This document shows positions 25,360-36,793 of a DNA stretch of 64,000 bases, in pieces (the first letter of the stretch is position 1; each line of letters starts with the position of its first letter). This stretch comes from Podarcis vaucheri. Taxonomy: Eukaryota. The position numbers and the translations under genes are program-made. The DNA is taken from assembly GCA_965113315.1 (NCBI GenBank), contig OZ220372.1. One strand, 5' to 3'. The notes below the pieces were generated by a model that was given only the letters and a program-made list of their open reading frames with translations, ran no database searches and was not told the DNA's origin.

Positions 25360-25660
25360 TGTTGTTGTTGTTTAATCGTTTAGTTGTGTCCGACTCTTCG
25401 TGACCCCATGGACCAGAGCACGCCAGTCACTCCTGTCTTCCACTGCCTCCCACAGTTTGGTCAAACTCATTTTAGAAGCTTTGAGAACACTGTCCAACCA
25501 TCTCATCCTCAGTCGTCCCCTTCTCCTTGTGCCCTTCATCTTTCCCAACATCAGGGTCTTTTCCAGGGAGTCTTGTCTTCTCATGAGGTGGCCAAAGTAT
25601 TGGAGCCTCAGCTTCATGATCTGTCCTTCCAGTGAGCACTCAGGGCTGATTTCCTTCAGA
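25360..25660 (-). mobile_element. Bov-B (RTE) LINE 3' fragment
   Basis: Translates KLRLQYFGHLMRRQDSLEKTLMLGKMKG...WRALVHGVTKSRTQLND, the Bov-B ORF C-terminus; (CAA)n tail; TSD agaaggcaaaggt. Confidence 0.93.
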
Positions 25661-25681
25661 AATCAGAAAGAAGGCAAAGGT

Positions 25682-25740
25682 GGTTGTTGTTGTTGTTTAG
25701 TCGTGTCCGACTCTTCGTGACCCCATGGACCAGAGCACGC
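25682..25740 (-). mobile_element. Second, very short Bov-B 3' end
   Basis: gtcgtgtccgactcttcgtgaccccatggaccagagcacgc with (CAA)n tail, flanked by aaggcaaaggt. Confidence 0.85.
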
Positions 25741-28676
25741 AAGGCAAAGGTATAGGTGCACAAAACTGCAGACAGAGGGGTAATTCTTGAGCTCTCCTCA
25801 CCTTGGGTTATCACACTAAAGCCAAATCATAGTTTAGGTCAGCAGGGTACAGCAGCAGAATAACCAGGGAGAAGCAAAATGGCTGTGATTTCCTCTCCAG
25901 CAGTCTGTAGGCACACACATTTGCATTAAACCATGGTTTGGCTTAGTGTGAACTAGGCCATAATATATGATGAAATAGCCACCTGTATTGAATCTACAGT
26001 ACAAAAATATGCCTTGAGGCGTAAATGAAAGGGGGGAAATGAAGTATAAGATTCAAACATCTCCTACTAAATACCATCATTTGCTTGCAGGCTTGCAGTG
26101 ACTTGATTCTTTAAAAGATACTTGATTGTCATCATAATTTCATAATGATTAATCATTTCTCTGGGATTTATAGCAATTGCCTCCTTGAATGTAGATCCGT
26201 GTTGCCTACTTTAATGGTGGAGCATGCAATATAATTAAGAAATAAAACAGCACATAACTAGCTGCTCTGCCAGAATTCTCCTGGAATTAAATGCTACTGC
26301 GTTCTGGCTTTTGCTTTTAATCTTTCCTGTGCTGGCCAGTTGTTGTCCTGGGGTTGAAAATTATGAGTCTAAAGAGGTTAATAAAATGTAAGGCTCATGA
26401 AAATTATAAACATGAGAAAGGAGGAGGGGGGAAACAGTGTGCCACAATTTAAAAGAGCCCACAGATATTATTCTAGGCGATTAAGATTCTACATGGTAGC
26501 ACTCTTTGGGGTTATGTCTAGAGAAAAAGAAGGGGGGGAAGGGTAGGTAAAAATTCCACAGGCATTTCACATTTCTTCCCGAGATGCAAAACAATGCTCA
26601 GGTCAGGTTTGGAAGGCTTTTATTGCTTTGTTCACACACACACAAATTAACAGTGGAGGTCTTAAACAAAACCTTTTGCACTTGGTGCTGATGAGAGTAA
26701 ACATTCTTTCCTGAGCTATGTGGTTGCACACGAAGTGAAGATGTTTGCGTGTAGGAAAACACAGGATTTATTCTGCACAGAAAATTTCCCACCCAAACAT
26801 TTAAGAAACGTACTTTCAGTCAATGGGACTTCTTATGCTGATGGGGTCTAGCTGAAAATAAGGGAAACTTCTAGAGAAATTCAACTGATATCAGAATAGG
26901 TTATGGTGTACTGTTGTTTATGCTGTCATCCATCTGTCCTGAGAGACAATGGAGTGTGCCTTCGGAGGTGAAGTCAAACTGTTTCATTAGGAGCACTGAA
27001 GTAACTTTCCCCGGGGGTACAGGTTTGGGCAGTGTGTATGGACGGAGGTCCTGGGCTTTCCAGTTGAGAAGACCCTCCTCTCGGCTCCACTGATGTGGTC
27101 CAAAGGAAAACAAAGCAATACAGCCTTTCAAGTCTTTCTGGTCGACATGATTTTTAACAGTGAGTTTTTGGGGTTTTCTTTTACAACTTTTACATTTTTA
27201 TCTGGTATTTCTACCTTGAACCTTAATGAAGTAATTGTACAAAAGTTGTGGAATTTAACAATTTTGAAAACTCAGCCAAAAAAGTTCTTAAAATAAAATA
27301 AAATCACTTAGGCTTTTATTTTTTAAAAAAACAACAACAACACCAATGTTTTTGAGCCATTTTTAAGGAAATTTGCCAAAATCTATACTCCCGACATGGG
27401 TTGCCATATGTCCGGATTTTCCCAGACATTTAAACAATTTCCGACCAGGCACTGTTTCCATCATCTGAATCCCAGACATATGATAGCCCTAGATGACTAA
27501 CTGACTCCATGCGCAATGCATAGTATTTTTCCCACTTCCATGCCTGCCACCATGTCATTTAGAGCTCAAACCTAGGTGTGCACATGTACAGCCAGATTAA
27601 GATAACTGGGTCTCAGATAACTGCTCCCAGTTTGCATTTGATATAGTCTTTAACAGAATGTGTCACTGAACTCAAGACAGTCACATGCTTAGGCTGAGTA
27701 CTGTGACAGATAGGATTTCTGTAACACAAGCACACTATAAGAATCTGCTGAGAATTCAGGCTTAAGCCTCTACGTTACCCTTGGAACCAAAAACCAATTA
27801 ATTTTTAATTAAGATAGTCTTTGAAAATTGCCATTATTGCTCAGATAGTGTGCAAATTGTACACGTAGGCTGAAAAACAATGCTCATCATTTCTCTTTCT
27901 TGGTAAAAAAGGAGTTCAATGCGATTCCAAACACTCATGAATCTGAAGCCATGGCACACAATGCTTGCAGGAGCAATTTAAAGACACATATAGAAAGAAA
28001 CTGGGGAGGGGGGCAAATGGAAAACAAGAAGGGAAACGACATCTGTTCATTAAAGGCACATCATGCCAGTTTCCTTTCATAAATTAACTGATTTAGCGAC
28101 AATAGAAATGTGATACTCCGGTCTGCTTAAATTTCACTACAGCATTTGGCACAGTGCTACATGGGAGATTATTAGCTAATCTGGAAAAGATGGGGATTAG
28201 TTCCAAAATTATTAAATGAACAAGGAATAGGCTTTTTTGAGGGGGGGGGGATACAAAGGGCTGTGTTGAAAGGTGAACTATTAAGCCACAAAGGGGTTAT
28301 TTATAAACTGAGTTCTATAGAACACATCCTTGGAGATTATCTTTCTGTCCAGAATGATGCTGGACTGAACGCCAAACCATACTTGCTAATGACAAAATCG
28401 GGGAAGGGGGGGTGTGTCTTTACCAAAAACAATCAGAATCAAAAGGAAAATGGGAATCCAGAAGAAAATTCAGCAATACATACTGCAAAGTAGCAGGCTT
28501 CTGGCCTAGTAATAAGATTCTTCTGTCATGAAATTTAGGGACAACTGTATTAGCTGGCCACTTTAACTGATAATGGAGGTCTGAAGACACAACTGCAATA
28601 AGTTGCCCCCCCCCAAAAAAAAGATGGGGAAGGGAGGCTAATGTGGATCTTGGGATAGGAATAGGTTGGGAGGTAC

Positions 28677-28823
28677 CAGTGGCGTAGCGTGGGTTGTCAG
28701 CACCCGGGGCAAGGCAAGTAATTTGCGCCCCCTAACCCGTGGATTTGCGCCCCCTAACCCCAACCCCCAGATGTTGCGCCCGGTGCGGCCGGCCCCCCCT
28801 GCACCCCCCACGCTACGCCACTG
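28677..28823. mobile_element. hAT-type MITE
   Basis: 17-bp TIR cagtggcgtagcgtggg; perfect 8-bp TSD ggaggtac; internal ttgcgccc repeats. Confidence 0.9.
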
Positions 28824-30887
28824 GGAGGTACACAGTTTAGAGTAGGAAAATATGTAGTACAGTATATGGAATAATGAGTTAACACACACACACATTCACA
28901 GCCCCGTTTGTGATATTAAGTCTGTTCCACATCTACCTCAATTGGTTTTAAAATAGATTTCAAAAGTTAAGAGTTCCTGCCAGAGCCACATTTTGTAAAG
29001 TTGGAGCCATTTTGTGCATTTGGTAGGAAAAACCTCTATTCAACAGACAGAGGGTCAAAATGCCACCACAGAGAAAATTGTGTTTTTTGTTGTTGTGGGT
29101 TTTGGACAGCATTCTCTTACCCTGGGTCATCTCAAGAGCAGCAGGATTAGGCCAGATCCATACAAGTTTCATTCCCTGTTTTGTACATCAAACAATACAG
29201 AACAATATCCAAGCAAATAAATTATAGTATACTGTGAGGTTTTATCTTCCGACGCCTGTGAAGTGTGAATGATTGGTCATCACAGTCATTTGGAAATGCT
29301 CCTCACAGGTGCCAGGTGGTGCATGGATGAAGAACAGCAAATAAAGACATCTGATAAACTCTCCTGCCCTCAGGAATGTATTGATATATTGAAGCTGTGT
29401 GGCTGAAATCATAAGATCTGGACCACTATTTCCTTCCTCATTTTGAATATAAGGATTTAGAATCAGCAGCTAGGAAAACTTTGCTACCATTCCCCCTCCC
29501 CCCCCCCCGATTCTCTAATCCTGCCACTGAATGCATCTTGGTGGATCTGAGTCAGAGAACCCCAGAAAGATCATTAAGCATATGAAAGCCAGCAACTATT
29601 CACCTCCCTGCCCCCACCAACTCCTGTAATTTTAATATTTCTGAAACTATTTAACTAAGCATATTCACAGCTTAGCTTTACCTCAAGAGACCACCTACTC
29701 TGTGGGCAGGCAGTGAGGCTGAGGAATTAGGGGACAACATCTGGCAACATCGTGAATTAAATTTTTCTTCTGCAAGCGAAAAACCATAACCTCCATCAAG
29801 TCACAGCAGGATATAATGCTGTTGGAGCAGACAAGATTTGTTTTGATCTCTTATGGAGCAACACACCCAGCTTTCAGTTCATACCAATAACATCTCTGTG
29901 TCTGGAATATACCTCAGTCCAGGGGCTGCTAATTAATGGTTGGAATTAGCCAAATAATTTCCACAAGAAAAAACAAACCAGTCTTATTCAAGCTTTAAAA
30001 TGACTCGCAGCTCTCAATACAATCACATCTAAGTCTGATATTTTGGAAAGGCTTTAGGTACGGTGCATTTTTCAGCATATTAAAAGCTCCTGCGTCTGCT
30101 ACATTTTAAGCTTTCAAAGTTATTTCTAGAGTTCATGGGAAAATACGACAAGCATTCAGTAAGCCAATTATTGATTTTGTGCCATCTTGTTGCTACCGTG
30201 TCAGGCTTTCCTTTCCCTTTCTTAAAAAGCGTGGCGCTCATCAAAACATATTTAGATTATATTCCTATATCTGCATGGCTTTGGGGGCTCAGCCCCACAA
30301 GTTGTCAACTCCAATCTGGAATCTATTTTCAGCACAATCTTCAACTCTGAAACATATGAAATGGAATAATAGTAATAATAAGCAGCATTCTCCTAAGTTT
30401 TACCAGAGCAGACCCTCTGAAATTCATGAGCATGAGTAAGCTGTGCTTTTCTCTAATGAGAAGCGATGTATAAATAGTTGAAATAAATCAGTAAAGGCCC
30501 TTTAAATTCAATGAGTCTACCCTGAGTAAAGCTTAGGTGAATGCCACTCTTTATGTCTTTCACCTTTGAATAATCACAGCCCTGATTCATGTATTTGTAG
30601 AAACTAACCACTTGACAACCCTAATATTCCCATGTAGTTTCCCCTTTTGAATTCTTACTTCAGGTCTTTGCGACACTTTAAAACCAACCATATGTAGTTC
30701 TTGGTTGTAGTGGGTTACTGCTTGATCCCTCTGTTTGCATAATGTCATGTACAGTTATTTTTATTAAGCAGCTGCTAGAGAAACATTAAATATTATGATA
30801 TAAATCATCATAATCATCTACCAAATAACTACATGAAAGGTGGTAGATCAGGTCATGTGCAGAGGATGGAGAATGAGGTTGCAGATA

Positions 30888-31124
30888 CAGAGGTACCTCG
30901 GGTTAAGTACTTAATTCGTTCCAGAGGTCCGTTCTTAACCTGAAACTGTTCTTAACCTGACGCACCAGCTAATGGGGCCTCCCGCTGCTGCTGTGCCGCC
31001 GGAGCACGATTTCTGTTCTCATCCTGAAGCAAAGTTCTTAACCCGAGGTACTATTTATGGGTTAGTGGAGTATGTAACCTGAAGCGTATGTAACCTGAAA
31101 CGTATTTAACCCGAGGTACCACTG
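30888..31124. mobile_element. Tc1/mariner-type MITE (family A, reverse orientation)
   Basis: cagaggtacctcgggttaa ... ttaacccgaggtaccactg, TA flanks. Confidence 0.9.
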
Positions 31125-31428
31125 TACTCTGGTAAGCAAGGAGCTTGCTGGCTGGCTCCAACACTTTATCCTACCTCCAGCACCCAAATCCAGCCCCTTG
31201 CTGAGGACGGCACTCCTTGTTTATTAACCTTTTACCTTGCTGTCACTGCCACATTGGAGCATCCAAAGCTGCACATGTATATATGTTAGCAGCCCACTGG
31301 AAAGCAAACATGTTGGCAGCCTTGAATGTTTACAGCGCTGGCAGTTCAGAAACAGCAGCTGCAGTAAAGGCATGAGCCACCTGGGCTCAGCAGTTAACAG
31401 CAGCCAGGATAAATGCAAGCTCGCCGAA

Positions 31429-32060
31429 TGTCCTGAACCCCTGGCTTACCTGGCAGCATGTCAGTACCCCAAGTCCAGAGTTCTAGGTTTGAAGATCACT
31501 CCACACAAGCAAAGTCCAAAGGTCAGGAAATGCAGTTCAGGGTCAATCCGAGTACCCAAGTCCAAAGACTAGCAGTCAGGATACAGTCCAGAGTCAAACC
31601 TGATGCACAGTCCTGTAGAGATCGAGGACTACCCAAGTCAAGGTCCCTCAATATGGGCCATTGAGCAGACCCAGCACCTCAGCTCTGCTTCCCTTTTGTA
31701 CTTTGCATGCTGATTGCAGCATCTGGGCTTGACGAGGCATATGGCCCTCACCTGTTCTGAGTCTACTCCAGAGCTAGCGAGCCCCACCTGGACAGCTAGG
31801 GAGCTGGGCTGTGGACCCTTGCCTGCCCCAGCCTCCTAAAGCTTTCCTCCCACTGCTCCCTCTGCCTCAGGACTCACAATGCTTGTGGAGACAGGAGCTC
31901 CTTTGGCTCTGGTGATGGGTCCTGCTGCTCCGGTTCCCCCATCGCCATCCTCCATCACCCTGTGAGTACTTCCTTCCCCATCCCCTGTTTGCCCTGGTGT
32001 GTCCCAGTCCCAGCTACACCCCTCGCCGGCATCCTCTTCCTCCTCCCCTTCGTCCTGTCA
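31429..32060. mobile_element. Possible degraded solo LTR or LTR-like repeat
   Basis: TG...CA-like ends (tgtcctga...cctgtca), repeated agtccagag/agtccaaag motifs, GC-richer than flanks; no TSD seen. Confidence 0.4.
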
Positions 32061-33525
32061 GTTAATGATACAGAGCTGCTTTAGCAAATTATATCCGATT
32101 TGACTCTTTATCTGTAGACATTTTGACTCTGCAACCCTATTTGTGGTCCACAACAAAATGGACTGTTACTAACTCTTAGGGTGCCGTCTTATGCATGTCA
32201 AGCAATTGTTAACCCACACTTTGCAATGTCTTTTCCCGTCACTGCCCTTATAGCAACATAAGTCTGCTTTTTGAGAGAAGCGGGCTTGTTCTGCAAGAGC
32301 TCCAAATCCCCCTTAATTGCACAACCTTAAATTTGCGGGTATGTGATTGAATCCCACTCGCCAGACAATCTGGAAGGAGCCACCAGCCAGCTCAATCCTT
32401 TACTGTCTTTAGTTCCATCGGTGACTTATTACTGAGGATATAATGTAAATACAGACTAATTAATAGTAATATTAGACCAAGATATTTATATAAAGTCCCA
32501 CCAACACCATCTGTTATCTTTGAAGTAAGGGTGCATAGAGCAGACACATGCCTGCAGCTTGTAGCACACTTGTATCTTCACGGATGAGCAAGTTGAACAA
32601 GATACAGACTTGTACTGCTGCCTGATAAAGTCTCCCTATCCTCTGTAATGAACTCATTAGCTCTAATGATGCTGCTGCACAAATGTTCGCTAACTTAATT
32701 GCTTCATATTCTCTGTGATTTGATTCCAAAAATAATATTCACAAATTCATACGGTCTGCATTCTCGCCCAGAGCCTTCCAAATGAGCGTGGGTTAAGATC
32801 ACTCAAAGAAAACCTGTCAAATTATTATTATTATTTCTAATATGAAATAATGGAATTCTAGATAGCTTTAATCTCAAGGAAAACATACACTGAATCTCAA
32901 GAGAGGGTGGGGATAGGGTAACACACTATGGGAACAATCCTCTACTGGGGTTACACCAGCGAAGGGGCTTTAGGGTTATGCAGAAGCTCCACTACAATGG
33001 TGTAATATCAAATATGTGACAGATACACTGGAATAGCTCTCTTGATAAAGGGCTGTAGCAAAACGTATGCAGATAGACTGGTTGAAACAAGGCAGAAGTG
33101 GGGTGGGGGTGGGGGAATGTAGCTGTGGGTGGGGGAAGGAAGGAATTGTAACCATGATGCTGTGCACTATTTTTCTGATGTAAATCCCGCCCCCGCCCTG
33201 AAAAAGCCCCCTTTGGTTTGTTAGAGAAAATATATGGGTATTCCCCCATTTCCACAGTGCCATGGTTCCAATCCAATTTGCTCCTTGACTGCATTCCAAA
33301 TAGATAGGTACCGCTTCGGCAGGAAGGTAAACTCACCATGAACACCTCCCTCATTCTCTTAAAATGGCAGTGGTGCCCTCCTGAGAGGGGCTGTCACTGA
33401 GCTCCGGCAAGATCCGACTGAAAAAAAAGCCCCACCTAGAACCCTCTAACACGTTCATTCAATGAGCTAGAGGGTTTGTGTGAACCTGCCCAGGGTTTTG
33501 CAGACACACACACCACACACACCAC

Positions 33526-33931
33526 CAGGGACGCGGACTTATAAAAAATATTGGGGGGGCCCGGGAAAGCTCGTGAAATATAAATAAGCTCATGAATATG
33601 CAAATAAGCTCATGAATATGCAAATAAAGTGGCACCGCCCCCTCGTGAGCGAATAGGGGAGAGCGTGCTGCTGCCTATTAATCAGCTCCGGAACAGCTGA
33701 TATGCGGGAAACCTGGGGCTAGAGGCAGGAGCCCCCGCCCCCGGGGATTCCCTAATCTCGCGGGGGACGGCCGGGGCTCTCCGGCTAGGGCGCGCGGCTG
33801 GCTGGCTGGCGGGGGACGGCGGAGGCGCTCTGCTGGAAGGGCGCCCGAGATTATTGGGGGGGCTGAGCCCCCCCCAAAATTTTTTTGAGGGGGCTCAAGC
33901 CCCCTCAAGCCCCATGGAGTCGGCGCCTATG
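33526..33931. mobile_element. hAT-type MITE, CpG-rich, with tandem POU sites
   Basis: Imperfect TIR cagggacgcggact / agtcggcgcctatg; perfect 8-bp TSD cacaccac at 33518-33525 and 33932-33939. Confidence 0.85.
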
Positions 33932-35200
33932 CACACCACACACCCCAGTGATACATTTCAAAGCAGCGGCAGTTTAGCACCTTCTATTTCCACCCTCAGT
34001 GACATGGACAGAGGTTAATTAGCACTTCATGAGTGCTGCTGTAAATTGAGGATCATTATCAGAGTCCCGGTTCACACTTCACCTGCAACCGTGTAGCAAA
34101 TATTTACTTTCTTGTGTATTCGTTTGTTAATTTATATCCCGCCTTTTGGTATGATGTGTTGAAGGTTGCTATTAAGAAGTAGGCGCATCATTAACCATTT
34201 TATTTTTTTTCGTAAAATCACAAAAAAGCAGGTCTTTTTTTAAATTTAAAAAACCCAGCTGGCTAAAAACTAAATGAACACACGAAACGTAACCGGCTGT
34301 GTTCTTAGATAAATAAGGTATACTATTCATTGTATCAAATTGTAAATTTCAACAGAAGTAACTCATAAAGTTCAACAAAGGAACAAAGTAGAAGACCCAG
34401 TGGATCAGATCATACTTTAGTCAGTTCATGCATAAGGTCCGTCCGTGTAATGGTGTCTATTCCACCTGTCTGTTCATAAAGTCCAAACCATCCACATGAA
34501 AGGTTGTTACAGTTCCACAAAATCCTTTCACAGAGTCTAAGGCAAGGCTTTCTGGAATATTAGCCTTGTTTTGCCATCCTGGGCTTCATCAGTGGTTAAA
34601 GCTCATATGTGATATTACAGGACAGCGTATCTTATAGCATAGTAGTAGCTGCGGTAGTAGTAGCAATCAAATCAAAAAATCTCCCTGGACAGTGAGTTCC
34701 AGAGCCTGGACACAGTTACTGCAAATGCCCTCCTCCCAATGGCACTTCATGTGAATGAAATGGGAGAAAGGCTCCCTCAGACTCCCTTAAAATGTGAGCA
34801 CATTCATAGTGGAGAACAGTCTTTCAAGTACCCTGGTCCTCAGTCAATTAGGGCTTTAAAGGCCTTGCCAGTGTTTCCTGCTGGGCCCAGAACTGGAATG
34901 GAAAACAATGCAGTAAGGATTCTCAAGTGCGGAGATGCCTTTGGACTAATGCAGTGCCACCATTGATCTTACTGTGGTTCCCATCACTTCCACCGTTGGC
35001 CTTGGCCTTTAGATCTGCCTTGCTACTACTTCCTCCAACTGCGAGAGGCTATCCTTCCTGCATAATCTGAGGCAGTATCTGGACAACCACTGCCACTGGC
35101 CAATGTACCAGAGGCTCCACGCAGATCCTGTAAATCGAGGGAGGGATAAAAAGAACAGCAGGGACTGAAACTCAAAAAGTGAATGAAGTATTTGCTTGGG

Positions 35201-35890
35201 ACTTCCGGGGAGGCGCCTCCGGCAATGGCTGAATTCCTCTGATCAGGAGGAATTTGCTCCGTGAAAAGCAGGGTCTGACCGCCACGGTGAAGGCGGAGAC
35301 CCATAGAAATCACAGGTGGGAGAAGCCTGTGAACCTGGGATTCGGCTGGCACCATTTGCGCCCCCCCTACTCGCGGGGAAACCCTGTTTTGGGGATCCGG
35401 AGCGACGTGGGGTGAGCGGTGCGGTGCTTTGAAGCCGCATTGCTGTTGCCGGAGAGCGCTGACTTTTTCCTGTGGACAATTGGATTTTAAACGACTACCC
35501 GTGAGTAGAACGGAAAATTGGACCTTGAAACACTTTAATTTGGCGCTGAAGCGGGAAGGCTCTAAACAGGAAGTCCGCCTCCCATTTTGTAAATAGATTG
35601 AAGCAAAGACGTTACAAGCTAAAGTCTTTGAAAGCTTTTGATAAAGGATTAAATTCCCACCGGATAAGAATATATAACCCCTCTTGGAAGCAGGAGAAGA
35701 GAGGGGAAGTTTTGGGTTTAGTGTGCCTGCAGAAGAGAGTCAAAATTAAATTGCCACTGCTCTGAACCTGGAAAAGGGCTGCCAGATGACGTTTGGGGAA
35801 TGTTTATTGACAGAACGGATTTGACAGCTAGCTAAAATAAGAAAGGCACTGTCTCCATTGTCCTCTTCTGCGTTTAAAAAATGGAGGAAA
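35201..35890 (+). mobile_element. CpG-rich insertion, possibly a LINE-1-type 5'UTR
   Basis: Abrupt CpG-rich start gggacttccgg; 19-bp imperfect direct repeats at 35182-35200 and 35891-35909; class is inferred. Confidence 0.45.
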
Positions 35891-36534
35891 AATGAAATAT
35901 TTTCTTGGGGTTTTGTTCAGGTAGCTCACATGTATTGGTGCCTGGTTTGCTTCTAGACCCTGTTTAAGGTACCTGGGCAGGAGAAGGAGAATTCAAGATG
36001 GCGGAGCTAGTAACTAATTCCAAAGCCCTATGCCAGCTGGGTAAAAGATAGGGGGATCATTTTCCCTATTCCACCAGCCTTTGTTCTTCAATGTATTTTC
36101 CTTCTTTTTAGACCCAATTTTTTTTGGGGGGGATTATTATTTCAGCTCTAGGGGCTATTGTACTCATTGCTGCAACAGGTATCATGAGAATAGGAGATCT
36201 TTGGATATAGTGGCTCCAAATTTTTCCTTTTCCTTCTCCAGTACTGTAAAACTCTTTTTTTGCTGATATCAAGGGCACAGACGAAGGAACAGCAAAAGGT
36301 TTCCACACATACAATAGAAAGGCTTGTGAGGGTGGATCTCCTTCTCTGCCCATAAATCTCCCTCTTCATGGGCAGCCTGGGGGATATACAATATCTATGG
36401 CCTTTCAAGTATGAACCTTTCTACTTGTTACATTCTTATTTAATACTAAGTGCTGCATCTCTGCTCAGTTTGCACCCCCTCCAAAGCCACCCACTCCCTC
36501 CCCCTAGAGCCTGCTCAAACCACTCCTCCTAGTA

Positions 36535-36793
36535 AAAGGTAAAGGTAAAGGGACCCCTGACCATTAGGTCCAGTCGTGGCCGACTCTGGGGTTGCAGCAC
36601 TCATCTCGCTTTATTGGCCGAGGGAGCCGGCGTACAGGGGTCATGTGGCCAGCATGACTAAGCCACTTCTGGCAAACCAGAGCAGCACATGGAAACACCG
36701 TTTACCTTCCCGCCGGAGTGGTACCTATTTATCTACTTGCACTTTGACGTGCTTTCAAACTGCTAGGTTGGCAGGAGCAGGGATCGAGCAAGT
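36535..36793 (-). mobile_element. Sauria SINE, 5'-truncated
   Basis: (AAAGGT)n tail on +, core tacctatttatctacttgcac; TSD ctcctcctagta. Confidence 0.9.

Noticed and set aside
36060-36420. Possible decayed L1 ORF2 C-terminal fragment on the - strand
   Set aside because: Only vague resemblance; not enough to call
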